64,000 nucleotides of DNA from Podarcis bocagei (GCA_964188305.1 OZ076886.1), one strand, 5' to 3'; counted from the first letter of the stretch, positions 14,330 to 27,562 are shown. Notes: a model not told the origin generated them from the sequence alone. A program made the numbers and translations.

Positions 14330-14465
14330 GGCCTAGTCAGTCAGCAGAGCATGACTCAGGGTCACAGATTCAAGCCCTGTGTTGGGTGGAAAATTCCTGC
14401 CTTTGCAGGGGGTTGAACTAGATGATCCTTGTGGTTCCTTCCAACTCTACAAGTCTATGATTCTA
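14330..14465 (+). mobile_element. tRNA-head / CR1-tail SINE
   Basis: Same family as 16280-16420. Confidence 0.7.
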
Positions 14466-14594
14466 CTCGTAGGTAGGTGGGCACAATACTGCAAACAGTG
14501 ACCTCCTAAAGTAGAGCTTGACACAAAAGGCTGAGGAAGTCCCACCACATAACACCTGTCAGCTGAATTCTACAGTTATAAAAAGACTGTGTAC

Positions 14595-14696
14595 CTTTGT
14601 CGTAAAGGATCTCCACCTCGAAGCAGTTCATCTTTCTCTGCATTGTCAATGGCAATTTTGCAAGCTAGATTTGCCTTCCTCCAGGCTGTCTGATTG
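14595..14696 (-). CDS. BNIP1: BNIP1 exon 4 (NQTAWRKANLACKIAIDNAEKDELLRGGDPLRQR; BH3-like segment)
   Basis: 102 nt, AG/GT boundaries. Confidence 0.96.
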
Positions 14697-15521
14697 CTGA
14701 AATTATTAATATAGTGAGATTTAGCACAATGGTGATACAAACACCCCTGTCTGTATCAAGAGCAAAGCAACAAAGATAACTGCATACATTAAAAATGTAG
14801 CACTTCATTATTATTTGACATAAGTAACAATGGTCATTAGCAGACATGCTATATCAACACTATTAACAGCTGCATCTTGCATTTTCCTCACCTTTTTATG
14901 TTCCACTCTTTATCTGAACACTATGAGAACGCTGTTCCTGGCTCTACTGTCTGTTCAACAATGAAAAGGTCTGGATGTCCGAAGAAATTAATAACAGTCC
15001 ACCCTATTCTCTGGAAGGTTGCTAAGGACACTCACAGTATTGGATGGATGCCCTGAATGATGCAGCTATCATTGAACTCAATGGGACTTACTTCTGAGTA
15101 GACGTATAGCCAGTACAGTGCTGTGAGTCTAACGTAGACACCTCCATGCTGTCACTGTTGCACACAAATGTTATCTATGCCAAACACGTGTCAGAGCTCT
15201 AGGTTTGTTGGTGCTGACACCAACTGAGGGTTGGGAGGAAGGGGATACAAGATCTCAGCCTAAGCACTTATTGGGAAGAACTCTATGTTGCACAAACAGA
15301 TTCCTGCTCGCACAACAGGACTTTACCCTCCTTGTCTCCTCCCCTGCAGGCCTCCAAAATCTGCTCCAGAGGTCCCCCAACTCTCAGGAGTAGATTATGA
15401 GGGCTGCAGGAAAGAGGAAAGGAAGGTGATCTTGTTGTGCAAGTGAAAGTCCATTTTGCTTGCACATGGACACAGCAATGGATACAGCCCAGCGGCAAAC
15501 AATATTTAGGGTTTTACTGAC

Positions 15522-15613
15522 CTGAGCATTTGCTTCTTATGGTTCTCTACCTCTTGGAGCAATGCTTGCTTTTCTGATTCTCTATCTTGCTCCTTCGCCA
15601 TTTGCTCAAGCTC
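15522..15613 (-). CDS. BNIP1: BNIP1 exon 3 (ELEQMAKEQDRESEKQALLQEVENHKKQMLS)
   Basis: 92 nt, AG/GT boundaries. Confidence 0.96.
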
Positions 15614-15894
15614 CTAAAGCAAATCCGTGAACAGCAGGTGCATATTATCATTTTTAATATTATTTTTATTCAATTTTAATACAAGCAACAACAAAATTCA
15701 TTAAAATGTTGTTCCTATTTGGTAATAAAGTCTAGCTGTTCTCTTGGGTATTTCTTTCCTAATCAAAATATACACAATTATTCTTTTAGCACATCCTTTT
15801 CAGCAAAAAGCTGGGTCTTTGGGGCTGCTAAGGTCACATTTTGCTTATGAGTGACAGAAATGGGAGCCAGGTTTCTAAAAAGCTGTTATGCTTA

Positions 15895-16210
15895 AAGGTA
15901 AAGGTAAAGAGACCCCTGACCATTAGGTCCAGTCGTGACCAACTTTGGGGTTGCGGCGCTCATCTGTGGCCAGCATGACTAAGTCGCTTCTGGCAAACCA
16001 CAGCAGCGCACGGAAACGCCGTTTACCTTCCCGCGGTAGGAGCGGTACCTATTTATCTACTTGCACTTTGACATGCTTTTGAACTGCTAGGTTAGCAGGA
16101 GCAGGGACCGAGCAACGGGAGCTTACCCTGTTGCGGGGATTCGAACCGCCAACCTTCTGATCGGCAAGCCCTAGGCTCTATGGTTTAGACCACAGTACCA
16201 CCTGCGTCCC
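15895..16210 (-). mobile_element. Sauria SINE with internal deletion, BNIP1 intron 2
   Basis: Same family; 12-bp TSD CTGTTATGCTTA at 15883-15894 and 16215-16226. Confidence 0.92.
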
Positions 16211-16279
16211 TTTTCTGTTATGCTTAGTGACATGCTATTTTCAAGAATCAGTCTTGCTGTAACAGAAAAGGGAGCTTAT

Positions 16280-16420
16280 TTGTGGCTCAGTCGGCAGAAC
16301 ATGAGACTCTTAATTTCTAGGTCATGGGTCCGAGCCCCACATTAGGCAAGAGATTCCTACATTGCAGGGGGTTGGGCTGGATGACCTTCGTAGTCCCTTC
16401 CAACTCTATGATTCTAGGAT
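16280..16420 (+). mobile_element. SINE with tRNA-Lys-like head and CR1-type tail
   Basis: GGCTCAGTCGG A-box, GACTCTTAAT anticodon arm, CCCTTCCAACTCTATGATTCTA tail. Confidence 0.75.
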
Positions 16421-16464
16421 TTAGCAACTCCCCAACCCCAACCCCAAATCTATTTAGCCCTCAC

Positions 16465-16557
16465 CTGTATTCTAAGCCGTAAATGCTGAAACTTTTCCTT
16501 TACTTTGGCATTCAGTTCTGTAAGTGTACTTACAGGTCCCATACAATCCCGGATGTC
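16465..16557 (-). CDS. BNIP1: BNIP1 exon 2 (DIRDCMGPVSTLTELNAKVKEKFQHLRLRIQ)
   Basis: 93 nt, AG/GT boundaries. Confidence 0.96.
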
Positions 16558-17779
16558 CTAAAGGAAATAACAAGCAGTGTATAGAATAAACACATTTTTA
16601 CATTGATGTTCTCTTGGGCTGTATGTTCAATTGCCAGCTTGATTGTTTTAAATATAAAATGTAACCTTTTAAAGAAATCAAAATGTTTATTTTAAATGTT
16701 GAAATTGCAACCACCAATAGGTTGCAAATTGACACAGAAATATCATCCATATTATCTACAAGCAATGTGAATTTAGTCCTAAAGGCTGCCCTGACTGCTA
16801 TAAAAAGTTACATAGTAGCTGATGTGCTTCATGCAAACATGACAATCCTACATATAAATCAATTATTTACAAGGATGCACACTCACTGTGCAGGTACACC
16901 TATCCATGGCTTCGCCATGTGTGAGCACACAATAGTAAATGCATGCAACGGTTAACATTTACAGCTCTAATTCCTACTTGGAAGTGCCTTCTCTTTATAA
17001 ATTTACTAGCATATAAAGTGGCCCCCTCTGAGCCTAATTTTGGAAGCTAGGGAAGCCTGGCATTGTGAGAACTGAACTCAAGGGGAAGGGAAGGAAGGAG
17101 CAGAGGGCATGCTTGTTTCATCACATTACTGTATAGAGAACCTAATCAAACAGATTAAAAGTTTCAGCATGCAAAACTGATGCCGAAGTTGCCCGCATGA
17201 AGTTGTAACCATGCCAGTGGGTACCCCCGATGGGTACTAACTATGTTTTTCAGATCATTAAGAAGCTGGTTGCCCTGGAAAGCTACGGCAACCTCATTGC
17301 GTTGTTGCCTGCCAATCGTGGGAAAGAGCAGGAGGCAAAGAAGAATTAGTTATCTACAGTGTGATGAAATTCTCAAAGGTTCTTATCCCTACCAAAGGTT
17401 CCTCACATAGCAACATTGCACGAGGCCCTCCCACCATCGGGCACCCCAGCTCCCAGTGCCGCCTCCAATCATGGCACAGAAGAGAGAATATCACATTGTG
17501 AGCAGATTTTTTCCAACACAGAGCCAAAGCTGGGAGAAGTTGCAGGAACTTCCCCTATCGTGGAAACTTTCAAAGGCTGAGGAGGCACCTCTCCAGAGTC
17601 TGAGCCTGACACCTCTGCAGTCAAAAAGCTGTGAGGAAGAACTGCCATCGCACCAACACCACAATCACGCGGCACCTTAAAGACTTAACTGCATCTATTG
17701 TGGCACGTGGAAATTTGTGTGGATCATCAATTGCGTGGAATGTCACCCTGAACTGGCATTTGTGTGCATCCTGAGAAGT

Positions 17780-18360
17780 GCACGCCAGCGCCCCACAGCG
17801 GGCATCGTTGCAACTGCGTTGGCCTTCAGGTGCCACGTGACTCCGCTAGGACGCAGGCGAGGGGGGCGGCGCTAAGGGAACCTGGTTGCCCAGAGGGGGC
17901 GTGGCCACGAAGCCCCACCCACCCCGGCATAAGCGCGTAGCTGCACGTCGCCCGCGATGTATTGACCGAGGCCGGGGGCTGCTGTACCTGCACCGCCGCC
18001 TTAATCTCGAGGTCGAATTTCACGATCTCTTGGTTGCAAACTCGAACCGGCACGTCACCGGCGGCCGCCATCTTGGGAGGAACTACGGCGAGCGCAAAGG
18101 GGACAAGAGCAGAATTTCGAAACGCGGCCTCTCCGCCCCGCCCTGGTAGGCGGTGCCAACAAGCAGAAGAAAAGAAACCGGCGGCAGGAGGAAAGCGGCC
18201 GAGGAGGCTCCTCCCTTTGAGGAGAGCCTACCCCTCACTCCGTGCGGCCACCCCCAGTCTGCATCCGTTGGTCTTTTAGGCGCTGCAAAACTCGCCTTGC
18301 TCTTTGCTGCCTGGTTGCATTTGCTGCCACACGGGGAGAGCCGTACATCTCCCCGGCAGA
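17780..18360 (-). promoter_or_regulatory. BNIP1 CpG island / promoter
   Basis: CpG-rich; YY1-type CAAGATGGCGGC overlapping the start codon (18075-18064); GC box near 18133; CCACGTGAC 17833-17841 in intron 1. Confidence 0.8.
17988..18071 (-). CDS. BNIP1: BNIP1 / Sec20 ER SNARE exon 1 (MAAAGDVPVRVCNQEIVKFDLEIKAAVQ)
   Basis: 84 nt, aagATGg Kozak, CAG|GTACAG donor, CpG island. Confidence 0.97.
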
Positions 18361-18650
18361 GCCATTCTTAGAGCAGACTGGCTGTGGAAAAACAAATGGG
18401 CTTTTGAATTAGCCACAATTTAATTAACTCACATGGGTTTCAAAGGATCTGCTCAGTGCACGACTAACTCTGGATTCAACCCTATATTATTATGGCACAG
18501 CCCCTTGGAATGGTCTCCCCAAGGAGCCTTAATTTGGCACAGAATCTGGTGGCTTTTTGGCGGGACTTGTAGCTGGAAACCATTTTACTTAGTACGGGCT
18601 TTTATGTGTGTTCACTTTCTCCTCCGCCCCCGATCATTTTTATTGTACTT

Positions 18651-18996
18651 TAAACGTAAAGGGACCCCTGACCATTAGGTCCAGTCAAGGCCGACTCGGG
18701 GGTTGTGGCGCTCATCTCGCTTTATTGGCCAAGGGAGCCGGCGTACAGCTTCTGGGTCATGTGGCCAGCATGACTAAGCCGCTTCTGGAGAACCAGAGCA
18801 GCGCACGGAAACGCCGTTTACCTTCCCTCCGGAGCGGTACCTATTTATCTACTTGCACTTTGACGTGCTTTCGAACTGCTAGGTTGGCGGGAGCAAGGAC
18901 CGAGCAACAGGAGCTCACCCCGTCGTCGGGATTTGAACCACCGACCTTCTGATCGGCAAGCCCTAGGCTCTGTGGTTTAACCCACAGCACCACCCT
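18651..18996 (-). mobile_element. Sauria SINE upstream of BNIP1
   Basis: Near full-length copy of the same family. Confidence 0.92.
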
Positions 18997-19609
18997 AAAT
19001 TGTATGTAACCTGCTTTGGGTGTGTTCACATACCTTCGTTTAAAAGGCATAGTTAACCATGAATGCCCAGATAACTGCAGCTTCCCTCCTCACCCCTAAA
19101 CCATGATCCTTGCCTTAGAGTTATGTTCAGTCCAGGGATTGTGGTTTATTTTGATGCAAGCCATGAACCGAGGCCAATGATAGTATCCAACAGAGTCCAT
19201 GTGTGTGAGTAGCACAGACTTCAGTCTCGGGAAAGAAAACTGCACCTTCCGTCTCTCCCCTCCTGCAGTCCTTCAGGGCAGATTTGGGAGTCATTGTGGG
19301 GGGAGGAGAGGAAAGTGAGGTTATTTTGTGAATCTCTTGTCTTCAGCATTAACGGGAAGGTCACATCTCCCATTCTACACATTAAAGGGAGATGGAGATG
19401 TCTAGCAGTAATCAACACCTCGCCTGTCTCCGGCTTCCAAAAGGTGTCCTCCGTCAGCCAGTCAGACGTGAACGGCTGGTCCCAGTCACTGGTTAACAAC
19501 CTATGTGAGCTAGAAACTCTTTAAAAGGTGACTGTTGCTGAAGAGTCCTTTGTCCCTCACCTGACTATCCATATGCTGACACATGAGCTCAGAAACTTGT
19601 TTCTAAGTA

Positions 19610-19847
19610 CAGTGGTACCTCAGGTTACATACGCTTCAGGTTACATACGCTTCAGGTTACAGTCTCTGCTAACCCAGAAATAGTGCTTCAGGTTAATAAC
19701 TTTGCTTCAGGATGAGAACAGAAATCGTGCTCCGGTGGTGTGGCAGCAGCAGGAGGCCCCATTAGCTAAAGTGGTGCTTCAGGTTAAGAACAGTTGCAGG
19801 TTAAGAACGGACCTCCGGAACGAAGTACTTAACCTGAGGTACCACTG
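19610..19847. mobile_element. Tc1/mariner (pogo/Tigger-like) MITE
   Basis: TIR CAGTGGTACCTCAGGTTA, TA TSD on both sides. Confidence 0.92.
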
Positions 19848-20373
19848 TAGCTGTATTGGGGTAGACTTGAATGAAAAGGTTAGCTGTTATTTTCTTGAAG
19901 CAACATTCTCTCTCTTCCGTTTGTCCTCTTGCTTCATTTTCTATTCTGTAATAAACACCATCGAATTTGGCAGCTGGGGCGTTGGGTGAATTTGTGCCAA
20001 AACTCTCAGGGCTATTTCAACCTTTCTCCATGCCTAGTCACTTGGTTCATGTTATATGTGTGAGTGGGGTTTGGTAGAGAAAAGCAGGCTACTTTGGACT
20101 CTGGGAGCTATCTTTGCTTCCCTTTGAATTTGCCTCTGTTTGCTGCAAAACATACCCATTGGGGATTAAAGGGAGCATATGGGTATAAGTGGCAGCCTAC
20201 TTTATAACCTCCAGCATGACTGGCCTACCCACACAGGCAGTTGCGGAAGGTGCCGAGGTGTAAAAGTTTATGATCTTTTCATTTTCAGCCGCCACCTTGG
20301 ATGACTTTTTTTAAAGTCATCCGAATTTAATTTACAGAACTTAATTTACAGTTGGAATTTAATTAAGTAAAAA

Positions 20374-20862
20374 ATGACTCTGAAACTGTTAACGTGGAAT
20401 GTTAACGGGTTAAATGAGACATCTAAGAGAAATAAAGTGGAAAATGTTTTGAAGGAAAAAAATCTAGATGTAATCTGTTTGCAAGAAACCCATGTCACCA
20501 AAAAACAAACACATCTTGAAAAATAAAAGGTTGGGTACTGAGTTTATTAATTCAGATGTTAATAAAAAAGGTGTGGTATTGTATATTAAAGAGAAATGGG
20601 AGCCTAAATTAATTTTGAAATATGAAGAAGGGAGAGTAATTGTGGTACAAATTACTTATCAGGGGGAGAAATTGAACGTGGTGGGGATCTACGCTCCAAA
20701 CACAAATATTCTGTAAGAGGTTGGAAGAAAGATTGGTCGAAACTGTTGATCAGAAAATAATACTAATGGGAGAGTGTAATGGTGTGGTGATGCCAGAAAT
20801 GGACAGATGAACAAAAAAGAAAACATTTAAACAAGGTAAACTACCAAGGACATTCTTTGACT
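20374..20862 (+). mobile_element. L1-clade LINE ORF2 N-terminal AP-endonuclease fragment (frameshifted)
   Basis: MTLKLLTWNVNGLN...DVICLQETH and GIYAPN motifs; A-rich sense strand. Confidence 0.88.
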
Positions 20863-21040
20863 TTGGATGACTTTTTAAAGGGTTTGAACAAATTAATGGA
20901 GGCTAAGGCTATCAATGGCTACAGGCTATTATGGCTCTGCACTCCTTCCACTATCAGAGGCAATATGCCTCTGAATACTAATTCCTGGGAATTGCAAGGA
21001 GAGTGTGTGCTGTTACACTCAGGTCCTGCTCTAAAGTTCC
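20863..21040 (+). mobile_element. CR1-like LINE 3' fragment
   Basis: TTGGATGACTTTTTAAAG...ACAAATTAATGGAGGCTAAGGCTATCAATGGCTAC resembles lizard CR1 3' ends. Confidence 0.7.
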
Positions 21041-22014
21041 ACTCATTGCGTGAAGGCAAGCTTTGAGATACGTTCAACTTAAACGCTATAAAACACACAA
21101 TACTTACTTCTGTGGCAGGGTGGTTCTGTAGCATTTCTACATTAAGCATGACTAAAGAACCCTACCACTCCCAATGAAGGAAGAGAAAAGGCCAAGTGGA
21201 AGGAACCATGGTCAGAGCAATGTATATGGAACACAGAAGGCATCTCCTGTGATGAAGAGCCCAAGGAGTCTTTTTAGCCACCTGTAATGGAACACTACTT
21301 GACCCCAGTCTACAGTTTGGGAATTACTGGTCTAATCTATTTACACACTTCTAAACAGAGAGACCAGGGTTGACCAGTAACCATTTTCCTGTGTGTAACA
21401 CTTTGCATGCTCGCTCATTATGTAGCCTGTCACTCATTAGGTAGTACTTTGGGAGCTATCCAACATTGCATGAACAGAATGGGACTTCTCCCTCCTGAAC
21501 CCTCCCCCCCAAATCTCATGAGTCCCCCAACTCTCTAGAACAAATTTGGGGGCACACCAGGGGCAGACTGCAGAAATATCAAGGCTCAGCAACTAATGTT
21601 TTAGAATATTGTGAAGCTCTGAAGTATTCACCCAGATAAATGAGGTTTTGATTGTGTCCTTAGTTTGTTCTTAAGCACCTATATGGATCTAAAGCTTTGA
21701 GGCTGGGAAGTATGAAGCAGCAGTTCTTGAGCAGATAATGGCAAATAGGCTAGACTATATTTAATTTTATCTTCTTGTTAAGTCATAATTCCAAAGGGCC
21801 TTTTCTTGATGTAGTGATTAGAACTCCTAACTGAGGGGGTTCTGTTGGAACCTACAGTTGCTGACTGAAATAATAAAACATTTTCATTACTAGTATAGAT
21901 ATTTCTGTTATTTCAAACGAGTAAGAAAGCTTATGTGGGAACTGTAGTTAACGTTACTTAGCGGTCTATGAGTGAAGTGCATCAGACAGAAAACACACAA
22001 AGCCAGCATACTGT

Positions 22015-25000
22015 CAGAACTTCTCTTCACAATTTATTTTCAGTTACAAAGGATGTTGCATACATTGATGAGTTTGTATCTGAATAGAAGTGCTCGGGCC
22101 CCAGGGTGACAGGAGTAAACAAAATCAATGTTTTAATTGTGCCTCTTTTTTTAAAAAAAGAAAAATTACACAACATTAAACATTATAAAAATTGCAAACA
22201 GATCATGCTTTTAACAGGATAAAATTTTCTGAACAGAGACAAGACCTTCAATACATTTGTCTGAGCTCCAGTTGGAAATGGACTACAGAACATTATAAAC
22301 AGCATTACAAACATGATCCCAAGCATAAGATCACCAAGGTTGTTAATATGCTTTTTTTTTGGTTTTCAGAAAGCTTTGCTGTGTTTGCATATGCTGTCAG
22401 CCTTGTGCCCCAATCCTAAACCCATTCATTTGGAAGCAAGTCCCATTGATTGCAATGAGAGTTGGCCCTGCTAGCTGTTAAGTTAGGTTAGAATTGCAGA
22501 CTTTGTTCATTCTTAAGCATATATATGGGCCAAAAGGTGTTGAGAATGTTTAAGGCAGGAGAAGAGAGAGGGAAAACTATTCATGCATTATACTTCTGTA
22601 AAAGTGAATTGTTTCATTAGTCCCTAGTTCATGGAAAGCTGTTGGGAAATGAGGCATCTTGTTAGCCTCTGAAGATAATGATAGGTTAGAAGAAGCTTTG
22701 GCCTGGTCTCACAAGACAATTATTTTCTTCTCCTCATTTCTTAGCTAGGCCTAGCTTTGGCTTAAACTTGCTTTCCAGAAAGATTAAGTCTGCAATCCTA
22801 AACTGAAGTTTCACCAGAACAAATAGGGCTTACTTCCAATAAAGTGTGTTTCGGTTTATGGAGAAAAAAATGCATGACCAATATGCTCTTGTGGAAGTTC
22901 ATTAACATCTTAAAAGGCTGAGCATCACATTGCAAACACCTTTCTACTGCACTAAACCAACTGGGGGAAATTAAATAGACTGAAAATACGCATCCATAAG
23001 ACCCAATCAAGCTTAGAATGCTGTGAAGGAAGTATATGCTAAAGTGCCATTTCTGCAATGTTGACAAAGCATTCCATTTACACTGGAAAGTATCACTAAG
23101 CGTTGTACTCTCAATGTGGTAATGCCCTTAAACATTTTTTTTTCAAAGGAAAGGATCAGCTTTTGGATTAGGAACTGATTGAAATGTACTTTGTATAATC
23201 CCTCAGGTAAAACAAAATAAGAAACTGCACTTTTGTGCAGCATTTCAGCTAGCAAAAATATAGGCTCCCATCTGATAGCAGACTAAACTAGACAATTTGA
23301 CAGCTAAACCTTACCCTAAAAAAGAAAAAAGAAAAATAAGAAAGCATGATTAGATGTATGAAATTCAGGTCGGAAGGCTGAATTTCAATGTTATGTATTT
23401 TGACTGTGCCTCAACAGAATTCCAGGAAGACTGCTAAATAAGTCAAGGAACAGACTGGCTATGCTATTTCTGCTGAAGGCAACTTGTAAGTAAACCCATC
23501 AAACACAGAATGGAGGCGATTACCATTTCAAAACTAGCTGTATTAAAAAGACTTACATAAGAGAAACAATACATCATTATTGACATTTGTGAATAAACAA
23601 GCAGATTTATTAATGAAGGCAAACATCAGAAAAATGGTATAGACTTATGTGAAACCCACACTGACAGTACGGTATTTGAGAAATGTCTGTTGCTTTAAGA
23701 TTATTCAAGAGACCTTTAATCTGTGTTAGAAATCATTTTTGCTCTTTTCCACTGCACTTCAGTCTACATTTAAAAATAAATTACTGACCAAACTAGTGGA
23801 CTTAGTATATCTCTGTGCCCAATTCCTACAACAGTGTCACTGTTTGCATTGATGCCAGAGCTGAGTGGAAAGAGCCAGTCCTTGACTAGCCAGGAGACTA
23901 GTACTTATGAGCCCCAGAAAGTTAAATATCAAGGTGTGCTTGATAAATTCAAGAAAAGGCAGAGAAGCTTTTGCAAAGAGATGTAGTGGAATTACTATAA
24001 AAAATCCTATCTTCCAAGACCACTGAAAAATTGGTCACCCTATGCCAGTACAAACTAATCAATACAACTAAGCAAATCTGTTTGAAGTTCCTTCATGATG
24101 CTTTTATTGTAGTTTGCTTCCAAAAGGGTTCAAGGGTTTAAGGAGTCCTGGGGAATGAAAAATAAACTTGGTTCTAATATACAAGTAAGGCACAATATAA
24201 AGCCACATCATAATCTGTCAATGGAGAAAATGGGTAAAGGACAAGAACCATACATGGTACAGAGTAAGTAGTTCATATCCATTCAAAAATAGAAGTGTGG
24301 CACTCAGTTTCAGACGGACAGTTTTTTAGCAAGAGCATGTTTTAATATGGAAACAAACTCTAACGTATCCAGTGTATGAAAGAGAGTTCGGAACTCCTTT
24401 TAAAAAATAAAGTGTATAATTGCTTTTGGGTGACATGAGAATATTCGCAATGCCTACACTTGTAAAGTGACCAAAGACTTCAATAAGATCCACATACTGT
24501 GTATGAACACTGAAAACCTTTAGAGAGCTCCTCTAAAGATAATCATCCAAAAATGCATGCCACAATTTCCCAAAACAAAACATGAACATTTGGTTTTTTA
24601 AAAATCTTTGTGATAATTATACACTAAACGTATATTAAATGACACTAGAGGAAGCAGATTGTTACTGGCATTAAAAGTACAACCATTTTCTAGACTGTTT
24701 TAAATGCCACAGAGTCCCCTGGTTAAAATGTAAAGCTGCACAGCTTGCCTATGTCATCTTTACAATAAAGGTTAAACCAGCAAAGGTCTTAACTTTACTC
24801 TACATTTTACTGCCAGGTTTTATTTAGATCAAGTATCGCTGCAGCATTCTGACCAGCCCAGAGTTAGCAGCAAATGGCAGGAATCATATAAAATGCAATA
24901 TCTTTTTTTTTCTTTTTTAAACAAAGTGCTTTTCTAAGATATACATACATATATAAATAGATACAAAATAAAGTGTCACCATTAAAAAGCTCAACTATTT

Positions 25001-27446
25001 CAAAGCTTTTAGACTATAACTTAATACATAGAAAACACTGAAATGCAAGGGTGTGGAATCCACTAAAAAGATTCAAAGTCTCTTTTCAATGCTAGACCAA
25101 AATCATATTCTGGTTTTCAGACATGCACAAAAAAGGCTGCAAATGCAGTATTAGCTCAGAGAAGCCTGAATTACTACAAAGGGGTATTGTATCTTACTGT
25201 CAGTTTGTCTTGCTGCACAAGTCCTGATTGCAAAACAGATGTATCCCACTGTAACTATCCTATTCACGCTCTTCTGATCCAGTGTTAGAATCTTAGCATG
25301 AATCATATTTAAACACCATTCTTCAACGAAGCTCAACACTATCTCAGTATATCAGAATAGGCTGATGTAAAATACTTGGACACAGCTCTATAACCAGCGT
25401 TAAATGAGATACATTTCTGATATGCCAGCACTATTGCAGGCTTGACGCTTAAAAAAAAAAAAAGAAGCAGCTCCATCATGACATGCAAATTTGTGCTGAA
25501 ATTATGCAAATACTTTAGATCAATTTTTGAAAAGGTAGATAGCAATAAGCAGCAGTGCAGACAGAAAGAGCAAAAAAAAAAAAGGCTTTGGGGTAGTTCA
25601 ACTCTACAGTGGGAGCTACATCTTCCTCAATCTTTCTTTTTTTAAAAAGAATGCATTGCTTGCCTATTACAGGAATGTAGCAATTCCCAATGTCCATTTA
25701 GATGTAAGGAATCGCACTGTAAGGTGCATGTAAGAATTAGAGAGATTTTTGTATTTACTTGGAGCTGCATCTGAATTATTTGGTATCCTTCATAAATAGT
25801 GTTATGTAGTCACCTGTCTATCAAACAACTGGGAGGAAAGGCATTCATGAAACCAGATAATGATCCTGTCCTGACATAAACAACTTTCTCATCAAGAGAT
25901 AAAGCTTTTCATTGGTACTTTAACACTGACTAAAAGCAGACTCTCGTGAGCCAAACTGCACACGCATTTGTATTCCCCCCAATCATAGAAACTACAAGTT
26001 AACAATAAGTCACACAGAAGTTTGAAGAAGCTAGTTGAAATATCTGTACAAAAATATAAAATCTATAAATTCTTTTCTTTTTTTTAAGCCTGTGTTGATC
26101 CTTGGAAACATCACATGCACAATAATACAACAACTGGAAAAGTGGCAACTAAGGAATTAGATATTTTAGCTCTTTTCTTTACATATATACACATTACAAT
26201 AAAAATAATTTTATTTTGGTTGTTTGGTGGAAGTATCCTACAAGCTAAATTTTTAATTTCCAAAGTCAAAATCTACTTTACCAATAGCTTACTAAAATCC
26301 AAATATATTAAAATTTCTACCATGTGCAGAAAAAAAAGGATTTACAGACTTCTAGATGGCCAACTTATCTACTATGAAGCGAACTAGAAGAACAGCAAAA
26401 TAATAGTTATGTATGAATGCTCCTTCCGTAGACAATTGGACCCAAAGAGAAAAAAATTCACAGTTCAGTAAGATCCCTAACCCTGACCTTTTAAGTTTTT
26501 TCTTTTTATACATTCAGTACAGTATCATGTAAGCTGTGCAAAACTTTACTTAAACTGGCAATCTGCCATATCAGTTGCATTTGTCTTTGGTACAAAAATA
26601 AACAATCGCATTAATGTGCAAGTATTTGTTTTCTTCCGGCCAAGTACCGAAAATGAGTTTTCTAGAGCCATCTTTTATACAATACATAGACTCTGTGGCA
26701 TATCTACATTTTCAACATATTCCTATATACATTCAAAAATTTGTAAGAGCTGGAACAAATACATTAAAACCCATGAGACCATCTATACATCTTCTCTCCC
26801 ACAAGGGTTTCTTACCATTTTATAGTTACACTTCTCCCCACCCACCCTCCCCCTCAATACAAGGCACAAAGAGTATACATTTTCTTACTTGCACAGACAT
26901 TTAAATACCGTATCAAGCTCAGAAAACTATATTTTTTTATATGGCACACTAGCATTATTGCCAGGTGTGCTATGTACAAGTTATGGTTGCAAAGAAAACT
27001 TATTGTTTAGTTTAGAACGAAAGAGCAATTATTCTTGAAAAAAACCTTCTTAATCTGAATTCTAAGTTTTTATTTTTCTTGGAGCATAAACCTGCCATAA
27101 CGTTTGGCATTTCGCAAGATTTTTACTTGCAAAAAACATGTTTTGCTCCTGCATGTTATATTATCTGGTCCTAGGTAAACTTAATTTAAAAATGAATATG
27201 TAGTCACCACATTTATGACAGAAGCAGATTTAAAACTACAAGATTTATGCTCCAAAATGCCAGTAAGCATTTTATACCATGCTTTCACTTATCTTACTAC
27301 ATTGTTATAAAAAGGAAAAAAATGATGGAACTGAAAACTGTGTTTTATAGAACGCTAAATTCACATGCAGACCAGAAATAATTTTACAATGTAGTACATG
27401 ACACAGGCAGAGCTCTGACCAATGTGAATGGATCAAGTGATGTCTA
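22015..27446 (-). other. CREBRF: CREBRF long 3'UTR (about 5.4 kb)
   Basis: AT-rich and free of recognisable repeats; distal AATAAA at 22038-22033, further ones near 24108, 26214 and 27005; end is inferred. Confidence 0.7.
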
Positions 27447-27562
27447 CTAAACTTTTGATGTTGGTATTCGTAGCCCTACAAGGCCTCCTGTAGGATCTCC
27501 TTCTGCTGTTTTTTCTAAAACTTGGTTCACAAATTCTGATGTCTGCCCAGATACAGGTGGCC
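27447..27562 (-). CDS. CREBRF: CREBRF exon 9 coding part (GPPVSGQTSEFV...GLRIPTSKV*)
   Basis: 116 nt to TAG, followed directly by a second TAG; total CDS 1908 nt = 635 aa. Confidence 0.96.

Noticed and set aside
16280-16350. Possible tRNA-Lys(CTT) gene
   Set aside because: Degenerate stems fused to a CR1-type tail, so it is a SINE head
18651-18996. Sauria SINEs just upstream of the BNIP1 and CREBRF promoters acting as insulators
   Set aside because: The family is abundant and there is no evidence beyond proximity
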